DNA from: a virus
Taxonomy: Duplodnaviria; Caudoviricetes
Direction: 5' to 3' (one strand)
Length of the DNA: 35,285 nt
IMG/VR virus record: IMGVR_UViG_3300006105_000057
Location: 1-35,285 of that record
Position 1 is the first letter of the stretch, and every line of letters starts with the position of its first letter. Of this stretch, positions 1 to 9,875 are shown one piece after another. A program made the position numbers and the translations under genes. The notes under the pieces are model-generated. The model saw nothing but the letters and a program-made list of their open reading frames with translations. It did not search any database and was not told the DNA's origin.

Positions 1-2
1 AT

Positions 3-2231
3 GTTCAAACATCATTAGTAAATGCAACTAGCACTGGTTCTTCAGATTATATCGCATATGGAGATAACTATCCTGGATATGCAACTGCCGACCATGGTTG
101 GGTTGATATGGGTTTTACTGGCTCTGGGTTTAACGATTCTAATTTTACAATTACTGGTAAAAATGATGGTTATGTATTCGCATCTGCTGTATCAGGAACT
201 GGTTTAACAGGCAACTTAGTATTAGCAACAGATTCAACTGGTACTACTAATGATATTGTTTTGGGTACTGGTGGCTTCCTTGCTGCTAATGAACAGTGGA
301 GATTCGTAAATTCTACAGGCGCTTTACAATTTAAAACGCCAACTATTACATCTTCAACTGGTACGACTGCTAATGTGTTTAACACAACAGTTACAACTGG
401 TAATTTGTTTGGAACTGCAACTAATATTACCGTTGGAGCAAATAGCGGAACATTTACTCATGGCAATCCAACTATTGTTGGAACTCAAGCAGTACAAAAT
501 TTATTTAATACTGTAGCTACAACTCTCAATATTGGTGGAGCAGCGACAGTAATTAGTTTAGGTGCTTCTACTGGTAAAACTACAATTAACAGCACTGATA
601 ATGCAACAAGCACTGGAACTGGAGCTTTTGTTATTTCTGGTGGTCTTGGTATTGCTAAAGATGTTTGGATTGGTGGTAACTTAAATGTGGCTGGAACAGT
701 AAACCAAACATCATCAACATCTCTTACTGTTAATGATCAATATCTATACCTAGCAAATAATAATACTGGTAACTTGTTAGATACTGGTATGGTTCAAGTG
801 TTTAATGATGGTACGCACAAACATGCTGGTTTAGTTCGTGTAGCTTCTACTGGTAACTACAGATTATTTTCTGGAGCAACTAATGAGCCAGGAGCAACTG
901 TTGATTTTACTAACGCTGTTGATGCTAACCTACAAGTTGGTTCATTATTAACATCAACTACAACATTCAATTTAGTAAACACTGGAGCAACTACTTTAAA
1001 CATTGGTGGCGCAGCTACTACTATTTCTCTTGGTTCTTCTTCAAGTGCAACATTAACAATAAATCCAGGAACTATTGTTGGCGCAAATAGTACTCAAACA
1101 TTATTTAATACTGTTGCTACAACTGTTAATGCTTTCGGAGCTGCAACTTCTATCACTTTAGGTAATGCAACATCAGCAACATTAACATTAAATCCAGGAA
1201 CTATTGTTGGTTCTAACACAGTTCAGAATGTGTTTAACACTGTTGCTACAACTGTTAATGCCTTCGGAGCTGCAGGAACATTAATTCTTGGCGCTTCCTC
1301 AGGAACTGCTTCTATTGCTAACCCAACAGTAACATTAACTAATGCTACTGCTCTAAACATTAATGGAGCATCTCCAGTTATTGCTACTACTAGCACTACT
1401 GCTTCTGTGTTTAACACAACTGTTACAACACTTAATATCGGTGGCGCAGCGACTACTTTAAACCTTGGCGCTTCTGGTGGTACTACAACTGTTTCTGGTC
1501 ACATTAAATTAGAAGGTGTTACTTCTACTGGCGCTACTGGTACAGGAAACTTGGTATTTGCTAGCAGTCCGTCTGTTTCTAATTTAACAATAACAGGAAC
1601 ATTAACTGCTGGTGGTTCTGCTGGTACTTCTGGATATTTGTTACAATCAACAGGAACTGGAGTTCAATGGGCTTCTGCTACTATTTCTTTAGCTGGAACA
1701 TCTGGAACTGGATCGGTTTCCACTGGAGGAACTTTATCTTTTGCTGGATCTAATGGATTTACAGCAACAGTAAGCGGAAGCACTATTACTCTTGCTGACC
1801 CACAAAATTTACAAACATCAGCATCAACTGTACAGTTTGCTTCGCTTGGTATTGGAACTACTGCTTCTGGTACGACAGGCGAAATTCGTGCTACAGCAAC
1901 TATTACTTCTTACTACTCTGACGAAAGACTTAAGACTCGTATTGGCAACATTCAAAATGCTCTTGCCAAAGTTCTTTCGTTGGATGGTTTCCACTATACT
2001 GCAAATGAAACCGCACAGGCATTGGGATATGATGGAACCAAACAAGAAGTTGGTTTATCTGCTCAACAAGTTCAAGCAGTTCTTCCAGAAGTTGTTGCCC
2101 CTGCTCCAATTGATGAACAGTATTTAACTATCCACTATGATCGTGTTATCCCATTATTAGTTGAAGCAATTAAAGAACAACAAAATCAAATTCAAGAATT
2201 AAAAGAATTAGTAGCAAGACTAGGAAAATAA
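3..2231 (+). CDS. Tail fibre/spike protein with C-terminal intramolecular chaperone (peptidase S74), 5' truncated
   Basis: Frame is open from base 3, upstream of the tracked Met at 108. G/T/S-rich repeats; C-terminal YYSDERLK...ALAKVLSLDGFHY...GLSAQQVQAVLPEVV...YDRVIPLLVEAIKE plus coiled coil is the S74 chaperone signature. Confidence 0.85.
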   Translation, partial: VQTSLVNATSTGSSDYIAYGDNYPGYATADHGWVDMGFTGSGFNDSNFTITGKNDGYVFASAVSGTGLTGNLVLATDSTGTTNDIVLGTGGFLAANEQWRFVNSTGALQFKTPTITSSTGTTANVFNTTVTTGNLFGTATNITVGANSGTFTHGNPTIVGTQAVQNLFNTVATTLNIGGAATVISLGASTGKTTINSTDNATSTGTGAFVISGGLGIAKDVWIGGNLNVAGTVNQTSSTSLTVNDQYLYLANNNTGNLLDTGMVQVFNDGTHKHAGLVRVASTGNYRLFSGATNEPGATVDFTNAVDANLQVGSLLTSTTTFNLVNTGATTLNIGGAATTISLGSSSSATLTINPGTIVGANSTQTLFNTVATTVNAFGAATSITLGNATSATLTLNPGTIVGSNTVQNVFNTVATTVNAFGAAGTLILGASSGTASIANPTVTLTNATALNINGASPVIATTSTTASVFNTTVTTLNIGGAATTLNLGASGGTTTVSGHIKLEGVTSTGATGTGNLVFASSPSVSNLTITGTLTAGGSAGTSGYLLQSTGTGVQWASATISLAGTSGTGSVSTGGTLSFAGSNGFTATVSGSTITLADPQNLQTSASTVQFASLGIGTTASGTTGEIRATATITSYYSDERLKTRIGNIQNALAKVLSLDGFHYTANETAQALGYDGTKQEVGLSAQQVQAVLPEVVAPAPIDEQYLTIHYDRVIPLLVEAIKEQQNQIQELKELVARLGK
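1047..1274 (+). repeat. Imperfect 129-nt (43-aa) tandem repeat in tail fibre
   Basis: ATLTINPGTIVGANSTQTLFNTVATTVNAFGAA vs ATLTLNPGTIVGSNTVQNVFNTVATTVNAFGAA; AAATCCAGGAACTATTGTTGG at 1061 and 1190. Confidence 0.85.
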
Positions 2232-2232
2232 T

Positions 2233-3498
2233 ATGGCTATCCCAGCAACTAGAGAAGATTTTAAACAATACTGTCTGCGCAATCTTGGCGCCCCAGTTCT
2301 AGAGGTCAATGTGGATGATGACCAGCTGGAAGATCGTATTGATGAAGCGTTAGATATTTTTAGATTATATCACTATGATGGTATTGAAAAATTCTACCTT
2401 TCACATAAAGTTACAGCATCTCAGTTAGTAATTACTACAGGTAATGCTGCTTCTTTTGTTCCAGGAAATATTGTTGTTGGATCTACTTCTGGTATTTCGG
2501 CAGTAATTTATCCTCAGCTTGATGTTACTACTGCAGTTACAGTTACTGCTGGTGGAACAGGTTATTCATCAAATCCAACAGTAACGATTACTGGAGGTGG
2601 TGGGCAAGGGGCAACTGCGATTGCTACTGTTTCTTCAGGTGTAATTACTTCAATTATTATCACAAACGCAGGAGATGGTTATCTTGCTAATCCTGAAGTA
2701 ATTATCACTGACACAACTGGAACTGGCGCTACTGCTACTGCGAATTTTGGTGTTAAACCAAATAATTTACAAGTTGCTCGTTTTATTCAAACATTTAATA
2801 TCAACAACGATCCATTTACTCCATCAGGTGCGCCAAAGGCATTTATCCCAGGAGAAGTAATCACTTCTAAAGATAGAAATGGTAATGTTATTAGTGCAAC
2901 TGTTTCTTCAGATCCAAATACTTACTTAACATTTGGCGATATCGAAAATAAATATATTCCTATCGCTGATGCTGTTTATGGTGTTACTCGTGTGTTACCA
3001 CTATATCAAGGAACATCTTCTTCAAGAAGTATTTTCGATCTACAATATCAATTGCGTTTGAATGACTTGTATGACTTGTCTAGCACATCTTTGATTTACT
3101 ATTCAACTGTTATGCAGCACTTAGCGACATTAGATTTGTTACTTAATGGTAAACCAATCTGGCGTTTCAATCGTTTACAAAATAAATTAAATATTGATGT
3201 TGATTGGAACAATGCTAACAAAATTGATGTTGGTATGTATATTGTTGTTGAAGCATATCGCGCATTAGACCCTGATCAATTCAAATTAGTTTGGAATGAA
3301 CCATGGCTGAAGCGTTATACTACTGCTTTAATTAAGCGTCAATGGGGAACTAATCTTTCTAAGTTTAGTGGACTACAACTTCCAGGTGGAGTATCTCTTG
3401 ATGGTAAAGCACTATATCGCGAAGCAATTGAAGAGATAAGAGCATTAGAAGACGAAATTCAAAACAAAGCAGCACCACTCGACTGGTTCTTAGGATAA
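2233..3498 (+). CDS. gp13: Neck protein gp13 with internal repeat-domain insertion
   Basis: N-term REDFKQYCLRNLGAPVLEVNVDDDQLEDRIDEAL; C-term WLKRYTTALIKRQWGTNLSKFSGLQLPGGVSLDG; position before gp14. Confidence 0.95.
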   Translation: MAIPATREDFKQYCLRNLGAPVLEVNVDDDQLEDRIDEALDIFRLYHYDGIEKFYLSHKVTASQLVITTGNAASFVPGNIVVGSTSGISAVIYPQLDVTTAVTVTAGGTGYSSNPTVTITGGGGQGATAIATVSSGVITSIIITNAGDGYLANPEVIITDTTGTGATATANFGVKPNNLQVARFIQTFNINNDPFTPSGAPKAFIPGEVITSKDRNGNVISATVSSDPNTYLTFGDIENKYIPIADAVYGVTRVLPLYQGTSSSRSIFDLQYQLRLNDLYDLSSTSLIYYSTVMQHLATLDLLLNGKPIWRFNRLQNKLNIDVDWNNANKIDVGMYIVVEAYRALDPDQFKLVWNEPWLKRYTTALIKRQWGTNLSKFSGLQLPGGVSLDGKALYREAIEEIRALEDEIQNKAAPLDWFLG

Positions 3499-3501
3499 TC
3501 T

Positions 3502-4566
3502 GTGGCACAAAATGTTTATTTTTCAATGGGTACGCAAAACGAGCAGTACCTTATCGAGGATATAATTTTAGAATCTATCCAAATTTACGGACAAGATTTT
3601 TATTATATCCCAAGAACACTTGTAGCTCATGATCAGATCTTGGGCGAAGATCGTCTATCGCAGTTTAAAGAAGCATATCAAATTGAAATGTATCTTGAAA
3701 CTAATGCTGGGTTTGAGGGTCAGGGTGCTTTTATTAACAAATTTGGTTTAATGATGGAACAGTCAGCAACGCTGACAGTATCTCGTCGCCGTTGGGAGCA
3801 ACTTGTTGGAAGATTTGGTCAAACAATTATTCCTAATCGTCCGAACGAAGGCGATTTACTTTATTTTCCATTGACCAAAGGTCTTTTCGAAATTAAATTT
3901 GTTAAACACCAAGATCCATTTTATCAACTTGGTAAACTTTATGTATATCGTTTGCAGGTTGAACTCTTCCAATATGCTTCTGAGCATTTGGATACTGGTT
4001 TAAAAGATATCGATGTTTTCGAATCATTAAAATCTTACGACACAAATTATACTGTAAACGCAACTGGATCTGTAACTCAAGTAACTATGACGAATGCTGG
4101 TTCTGGATATAATCCTTCTTTGGTTCCAAAAGTTACATTAACAGGTGGTGGAGGAACCCAAGCGTTCCAGCCAGCAAAACTACAAGCTGTTGTTACTGGT
4201 GGATCAGTTTCTCTAAATATTTTGGATGTTGGCACAGGATATGATTCTGCTCCAACAATTACAATTGGAACAAGTTGGGCAGCTTCTACGCCAGTAACAA
4301 CCAATTCTCAGATATATTTTGGCGCAAATTTATATACAGTAACAGTAGGTGGAACTACAGGAACTACTGCTCCAACAAATACTACAGGCAATTCGTTTGC
4401 TGATGGTAGTGCTACATTAACATATGTTGGTTCAGCTGCTACAGCAACTTGCTCTATTGAACCAAATCCAGATTTACCACAAGCATTCGGTGAGAATATT
4501 GACTTTAAAGCTGAAGCAACTTCTCTTATTGTTAATTCAAATAATCCTTTGGGTAATATTCAGTAA
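3502..4566 (+). CDS. gp14: Neck protein gp14 with C-terminal repeat/adhesin-like insertion
   Basis: EQYLIEDIILESIQIYGQDFYYIPR, RPNEGDLLYFPL, FEIKFVKHQDPFYQLGK; GTG start. Confidence 0.95.
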   Translation: MAQNVYFSMGTQNEQYLIEDIILESIQIYGQDFYYIPRTLVAHDQILGEDRLSQFKEAYQIEMYLETNAGFEGQGAFINKFGLMMEQSATLTVSRRRWEQLVGRFGQTIIPNRPNEGDLLYFPLTKGLFEIKFVKHQDPFYQLGKLYVYRLQVELFQYASEHLDTGLKDIDVFESLKSYDTNYTVNATGSVTQVTMTNAGSGYNPSLVPKVTLTGGGGTQAFQPAKLQAVVTGGSVSLNILDVGTGYDSAPTITIGTSWAASTPVTTNSQIYFGANLYTVTVGGTTGTTAPTNTTGNSFADGSATLTYVGSAATATCSIEPNPDLPQAFGENIDFKAEATSLIVNSNNPLGNIQ

Positions 4567-5294
4567 TGTTAAACATTCCACCATTCTATCACGGACTTAC
4601 TCGTAAAGTTATCGTTTCATTCGGTAGCTTGTTTAGCAACATTCGTGTGCAAAGAGAAAATAATGATGGGACTCTTGGACAAGAGATTACTGTTCCACTA
4701 GCATATGCTCCAAAGGAGAAATGGTTAGTTCGTATTGAACAAGATCCAACTCTTGACCGAAATGTTTATACAACATTACCAAGAATGTCTTTTGAAATTA
4801 CTAGTATGTCATACGATTCTATTAGAAAAACTAATCGTATGAATCAGGTTCAAGCATCAAATACTGGAGTTTCTCCAACAGCAATAAATCAAGCGTATAG
4901 TCCTGTTCCTTATAATATTGACATAGCGCTGTATATTTTAACTAAAACTCAAGAAGATGCTTTTCAAATTGTTGAACAAATTCTTCCTTTCTTTACGCCA
5001 GAATTTACACTAACAATTAATGCTGTTCCTGAACTCGGTGTAACAATGGATGTTCCAATTATTTTAAATAGTATTAATATTGAAGATAATTACGATGGCG
5101 ATTTTACTGAGCGTAGATTTGTAACTTATACAATTAACTTTACAATAAAATCTAATTTCTATGGTCCAGTAACCACCAATGGTCCAATTACTAATGTTAT
5201 TGTTAATGTACCAAGTACACCAACAACAAAGTATACAGCAACTGGTAATTTTAATACCAAAACAATTGAAGAATCTTGGAATGATACATTTTAA
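4566..5294 (+). CDS. gp15: Tail sheath stabilizer/terminator gp15
   Basis: FYH..TRKVIVSFGSLF, VPLAYAPKEK, TLPRMSFEI, PVPYNI, QIVEQILPFF; synteny. Confidence 0.95.
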   Translation: MLNIPPFYHGLTRKVIVSFGSLFSNIRVQRENNDGTLGQEITVPLAYAPKEKWLVRIEQDPTLDRNVYTTLPRMSFEITSMSYDSIRKTNRMNQVQASNTGVSPTAINQAYSPVPYNIDIALYILTKTQEDAFQIVEQILPFFTPEFTLTINAVPELGVTMDVPIILNSINIEDNYDGDFTERRFVTYTINFTIKSNFYGPVTTNGPITNVIVNVPSTPTTKYTATGNFNTKTIEESWNDTF

Positions 5295-6928
5295 TGGCGC
5301 AAATTTATAACGCAAATCCAAATTTAAAGGCGATTGGTGTAGAAGTAAATTATACACCTGAACAGATTCAAGAATATATTAAGTGTAAAACTGATTACAT
5401 TTATTTTATTGAAACATACTGTCAGATCGTTACACTTGATAGAGGGCTGCAACCATTTAAACTCTACGAGTGTCAAAAACGCAAATTAAAAATCATTCAT
5501 GAGAATCGTAAAGTTATTCTTATGGAAGGTCGTCAGCAAGGTAAAACTACCACCTCTGCTGCTTATATTCTTTGGTATACAATTTTTCAAGACGCAAAGA
5601 ATGTGGCTATTCTAGCCAACAAAGCTACAGCTGCTCGTGAAGTTCTTGCTCGCTATCAGGTTATGTTTGAGGGATTACCAATCTGGTTACAGCAGGGTGT
5701 TAAATCGTGGAACAAGGGAGATATTGAACTTGAGAATGGATCTAAAGTTTTTACTGCTGCAACATCTGCTTCAGGTATCCGTGGTAAGTCTGTTAATTTG
5801 TTATATGTCGACGAAGCGGCAATTATACCTAATACTGTTGCTGAGCAGTTTTTCGCTTCTGTTTATCCTACTATCTCTGCAGGTGAAACTACAAAAATTC
5901 TTTTGAGTTCAACTCCGCTTGGTTATAATCACTTCTGGAAATTCTGGAACGATGCTGATAACAAGCGTAATGGTTTCGTAAATCTGTTTATTCCATACTG
6001 GGAAATTCCAGGTCGTGATAAAAAATGGGCTGATGAACAGCGTGGTATTCTTGGCGATCTTAAATTCAATCAAGAGGTTCTTTGTAAATTCCTTGGTTCT
6101 GCTCTTACACTTATCAATTCTGATGTAATTGGTAATATGTCACCAACATATCCAATCTATTCTAAAGATGGTTTAGATGTTTATGAAGAACCAGTTTATG
6201 AAATAGAAACTGAAGAATACGACGACTTCGGTAAACCAAAATTCAAACCACCACATTCTTATGTTTTAATTGCTGATGTGGGCGCTGGCATTGATGGTGA
6301 CTATTCAGCTTTTTCAGTTATTGATATTACAACTGCTCCATATAAACAGGTAGCTAAGTTTAGAAAAAACGATGTATCTCCACTATTATATCCAAACTTT
6401 ATATACAAAGTAGCCAAAGAATACAATAATGCCTATATTTTAATAGAGATAAATATAAGTGAGCAAGTTGCTAATATTCTACATAATGAACTAGAGTATG
6501 AAAACCTACTATTTGTGAATAGAAATGCTCAAGGTCAAACGATCTCGGGTGGTTTCGGTGGTGGTCGCACTCAGTTGGGTGTAACAACCGATAGAAAGGT
6601 TAAAAGAATTGGTTGTATGAACTTTAAGAGTATGGTTGAGGAACAGAAATTACTTATTCCTGATGCCGATACAATTTCAGAAATTACAACTTTTATAGAA
6701 TCAAAAGGTTCATACGCTGCAGACGATGGATACAATGACGACCTAGTTATGACACTGGTTCTATTTGGTTGGCTAACTACCCAGCCATATTTTAAAGATT
6801 TAAATGATATCAATCTCAGAGAATTGATTTATAAAACTCGAATCAAAGCGATTGAAAATGAATTAACCCCATTTGGGTTTATAGCAGACGGCCAAGGTTC
6901 TGAGGAAAGACCTCTTTTGAACTTCTAA
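5294..6928 (+). CDS. gp17: Terminase large subunit gp17
   Basis: Walker A region GRQQGKTT, Walker B LLYVDEAA, SSTPLG coupling motif, nuclease motifs ADVGAG...DYSAF and DDLVM. Confidence 0.97.
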   Translation: MAQIYNANPNLKAIGVEVNYTPEQIQEYIKCKTDYIYFIETYCQIVTLDRGLQPFKLYECQKRKLKIIHENRKVILMEGRQQGKTTTSAAYILWYTIFQDAKNVAILANKATAAREVLARYQVMFEGLPIWLQQGVKSWNKGDIELENGSKVFTAATSASGIRGKSVNLLYVDEAAIIPNTVAEQFFASVYPTISAGETTKILLSSTPLGYNHFWKFWNDADNKRNGFVNLFIPYWEIPGRDKKWADEQRGILGDLKFNQEVLCKFLGSALTLINSDVIGNMSPTYPIYSKDGLDVYEEPVYEIETEEYDDFGKPKFKPPHSYVLIADVGAGIDGDYSAFSVIDITTAPYKQVAKFRKNDVSPLLYPNFIYKVAKEYNNAYILIEINISEQVANILHNELEYENLLFVNRNAQGQTISGGFGGGRTQLGVTTDRKVKRIGCMNFKSMVEEQKLLIPDADTISEITTFIESKGSYAADDGYNDDLVMTLVLFGWLTTQPYFKDLNDINLRELIYKTRIKAIENELTPFGFIADGQGSEERPLLNF

Positions 6929-6940
6929 AAAGCGGAAAAA

Positions 6941-6948
6941 ACTAAATA
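6941..6948 (+). promoter_or_regulatory. T4-type late promoter variant (ACTAAATA) for gp18
   Basis: Close match to the gp55-dependent TATAAATA box in the intergenic region upstream of gp18. Confidence 0.65.
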
Positions 6949-7014
6949 ATTTGGTGAATGCTTAACTTCAATGGCACAAACAAATAACATGTACATGTAA
7001 CAAGGAGAATTACA

Positions 7015-9213
7015 ATGCCTTTTCAACTTAGTCCAGGTGTTGCAGTCGTAGAAAAAGATTTCTCATCGATCATCCCAGCAGTAAGTACTTCTACTGGTGC
7101 GTTCGCTGGGTCATTCCCATGGGGTCCAGTTTTAAGTCCAATTACAGTCTCTTCTGAGAATCAATTGGTAAAACAATTCGGATTTCCTAACGATTCCAAC
7201 TTCCAATCTTTCTTTACAGCAGCTAATTTTTTAACATATTCGAACAATCTCTTGTTAGTTCGTGCCGATTCTGCTAGTGCTAAAAATGCTGTTCATATTC
7301 AATCTGGTAGTGTTTCATCTATTTCTGTTGGAACTGCTGGTAGCGGATATAATTCATTAGTAGCTTCTTATGCCAATGGTATTGGACCTGCTGTAACAAT
7401 TTCAGCTCCAGACGAATCTGGTGGTATTCAGGCAACTGCAATTGCTACTATTTCTGGTGGTGGTATTAGTGCTATTTCTGTTGGTACTGGTGGTACTGGT
7501 TGGACTGGTACTCCAACAGTAACTATTACTCCTGTTTCTGGAGATAGTGGTACTGGAGCTGCAGCTACTGCTGTTATTTCTGGTGGTGTTATTACTGGAT
7601 TTACAATTACTACTGCTGGTACTGGATATAAGAAAGTTCCTACAGTAACTGTAACAGGAACTGGAACAGGATTTACTATTGGTGCAGTAACATTAACTAC
7701 ATCTTCTGTAACTGCAATCAATATTACAACTGCTGGTACTGGTTACGCTAACCCACCAACAATTACTATCGCTGCTCCACCAAGTGGAACTACAGCTGTA
7801 GCAACTTCTACTATTACTACTGCTGGTGTTAAAATTAACAATGGTCAAGATTACTTAAACAACTACAGCACTGGCGCTGGTGTTGTTGGCGAATTCGCTG
7901 CTAAGTATCCAGGAGCATTAGGTAACGGATTATTAATCTCTTACGCTGACTCTACAACTTATTCAACATGGGCATACAAAGGACAGTTTAATTCTGCTCC
8001 AGGTACTTCTGCTTATGCTGCTTCTGTTGGTGGATCTCTTGATGAGTTACATGTTGTTATCGTTGATAGCACTGGTGTTTGGACTGGAACTCCAGGAACT
8101 ATTTTAGAAAAATTTGGTTATGTTTCTAAAGCTGCTGATGCTATGAATAGCAGTGGTGTAAATAATCACTACAAAAATGTAATCAACTCTTCATCAAATT
8201 ATATTTGGTGGATGGATTATCCATCAGGTAACTGGGGTGCATATGCTTCTGGTGTAACTTTTGCTGCTGCTCAATCTGCTGCTGCTACTGGTTATACACT
8301 TTCTGGTGGTGTTTCTGACTACAATTTAACTGACTCATACCAGCAATCTGCTTATGCATTGTTTACTAATGCTGAGTTGTATGATATTAGTTTATTGATG
8401 GCAGGTGCTGCTGATTCAACTACTGCTAATTATATCTGCGGTATTGCTGATACTCGTAAAGATTGCGTAGCGTTTATTTCCCCACAAGATGTTTCAGCTG
8501 GTGGTCCAATTGTCGGAAATACTTCTACTCAAACTACAGCAATTATTGCTTATCGTAACGCAGTTAATTACTCTGGCTCTTACGCTGTAATGGACTCTGG
8601 TTACAAATATCAATACGACCGCTACAACGACAAATATCGTTATATCCCATTGAATGGCGATATCGCTGGTTTGTGTGCTCGTACTGATCAAACTAATGAC
8701 GCATGGTGGTCTCCAGGTGGTTTAAATCGTGGACAAATTAAGAATGTTGTTCGCCTTGCTTACAACCCAGATTCAACTAATCGCGATACATTATATCAAG
8801 CAAACGTAAACCCAGTTGTTTCCTTCCCAGGAAATGGTGTTGTTCTCTACGGAGACAAAACTATGCAGACTAAACCAAGCGCATTTGATCGTATCAATGT
8901 TCGTCGCTTGTTTATCGTTCTTGAGAAAGCAATTGCTATCGCTGCTAAGTATCAACTGTTTGAATTCAACGACAGCTTTACCCAAGCTCAATTCACTAAC
9001 ATGGTTCAACCATTCTTGCGTGATGTTCAGGGTCGTCGTGGTATTACTGACTTCGTTGTTGTATGTAACTCAAGCAACAATACAGCTCAAGTAGTTGACT
9101 CGAATCAGTTCGTTGCCGATATCTACATTAAGCCAGCTCGTTCTATTAACTTTATTCAACTTAACTTCATTGCTGCTAGCACTTCTGCTAACTTCACTGA
9201 AATTGGTGGTTAA
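7015..9213 (+). CDS. gp18: Tail sheath protein gp18 with repeat-domain insertion
   Basis: MPFQLSPGVAVVEKD, FPWGP, AKYPGALGN, WWSPGGLNRG, AFDRINVRRLF, YIKPARSINFI; SD AAGGAG. Confidence 0.97.
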   Translation: MPFQLSPGVAVVEKDFSSIIPAVSTSTGAFAGSFPWGPVLSPITVSSENQLVKQFGFPNDSNFQSFFTAANFLTYSNNLLLVRADSASAKNAVHIQSGSVSSISVGTAGSGYNSLVASYANGIGPAVTISAPDESGGIQATAIATISGGGISAISVGTGGTGWTGTPTVTITPVSGDSGTGAAATAVISGGVITGFTITTAGTGYKKVPTVTVTGTGTGFTIGAVTLTTSSVTAINITTAGTGYANPPTITIAAPPSGTTAVATSTITTAGVKINNGQDYLNNYSTGAGVVGEFAAKYPGALGNGLLISYADSTTYSTWAYKGQFNSAPGTSAYAASVGGSLDELHVVIVDSTGVWTGTPGTILEKFGYVSKAADAMNSSGVNNHYKNVINSSSNYIWWMDYPSGNWGAYASGVTFAAAQSAAATGYTLSGGVSDYNLTDSYQQSAYALFTNAELYDISLLMAGAADSTTANYICGIADTRKDCVAFISPQDVSAGGPIVGNTSTQTTAIIAYRNAVNYSGSYAVMDSGYKYQYDRYNDKYRYIPLNGDIAGLCARTDQTNDAWWSPGGLNRGQIKNVVRLAYNPDSTNRDTLYQANVNPVVSFPGNGVVLYGDKTMQTKPSAFDRINVRRLFIVLEKAIAIAAKYQLFEFNDSFTQAQFTNMVQPFLRDVQGRRGITDFVVVCNSSNNTAQVVDSNQFVADIYIKPARSINFIQLNFIAASTSANFTEIGG

Positions 9214-9218
9214 TTAAA

Positions 9219-9226
9219 GATAAATA
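9219..9226 (+). promoter_or_regulatory. Late promoter variant (GATAAATA) for gp19
   Basis: ATAAATA core between gp18 stop and gp19 SD. Confidence 0.6.
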
Positions 9227-9248
9227 GATAAACTAAGGAGATAATCAA

Positions 9249-9839
9249 ATGGCAAATATTGCTGATTTTAAAGCCCAATTAACTGGTGGTGGCGCACGCC
9301 CAAACCAGTTTATGGTTAATTTACAATTCCCTGGATTCGTAACTCTTGGTGCTCTTGCTGGTCTACAAGGTCAATTCTTGTGTAAAGCAACAACTTTACC
9401 AGCTTCAACTTTAGAAAACATCGCGATGCAGTACCGTGGTCGTGCTGTTAATTTTGCTGGCGAGCGTACCTTCGAACAGTGGACTGTTACTATTTACAAC
9501 GACACTTCTTTCAATATCAGAAATGCTTTTGAAATTTGGTCAGATGGTATTCAAAATAATTCGACTACTTTAGGTCGTACTAATCCAAGAGATTACCAAG
9601 TTGATATGTCTGTAAATCAGTTAGATCGTTCAGGTGCTTTTGTTAAGACTTACAATTTCACTGATGCATATCCAATTAGCATTGGTGCTATTGGTTTGGA
9701 TTATGAAACAACCAATCAAATCGAAACTTTCGATGTGACATTCCAATACAATTACTGGACTTCCAATACTACAACTGGTGGATCTGCTGTTAGCGTTACT
9801 GCTGCAGTTAATACACCAATTGGAACATTCCCAATCTAA
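9249..9839 (+). CDS. gp19: Tail tube protein gp19
   Basis: GGGARPNQF, YRGRAVNFAGERTFEQWTVTIYND, AYPISIG, IETFDVTFQY. Confidence 0.96.
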   Translation: MANIADFKAQLTGGGARPNQFMVNLQFPGFVTLGALAGLQGQFLCKATTLPASTLENIAMQYRGRAVNFAGERTFEQWTVTIYNDTSFNIRNAFEIWSDGIQNNSTTLGRTNPRDYQVDMSVNQLDRSGAFVKTYNFTDAYPISIGAIGLDYETTNQIETFDVTFQYNYWTSNTTTGGSAVSVTAAVNTPIGTFPI

Positions 9840-9860
9840 TCCATCTGGGTTAGATTTTTT
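9833..9860 (+). terminator. Putative intrinsic terminator after gp19
   Basis: AATCTAATCC-ATCT-GGGTTAGATT stem (one G-U pair) running into a T tract. Confidence 0.55.
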
Positions 9861-9875
9861 ACTTGAGGTTATATA

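Noticed and set aside
1047-1274. Diversity-generating retroelement TR/VR pair
   Set aside because: Repeats are in-frame, tandem and mid-gene, differences are not adenine-specific, and there is no reverse transcriptase in the window.
6987-6998. Palindrome ACATGTACATGT upstream of gp18
   Set aside because: Single short occurrence with no supporting context; may be chance.
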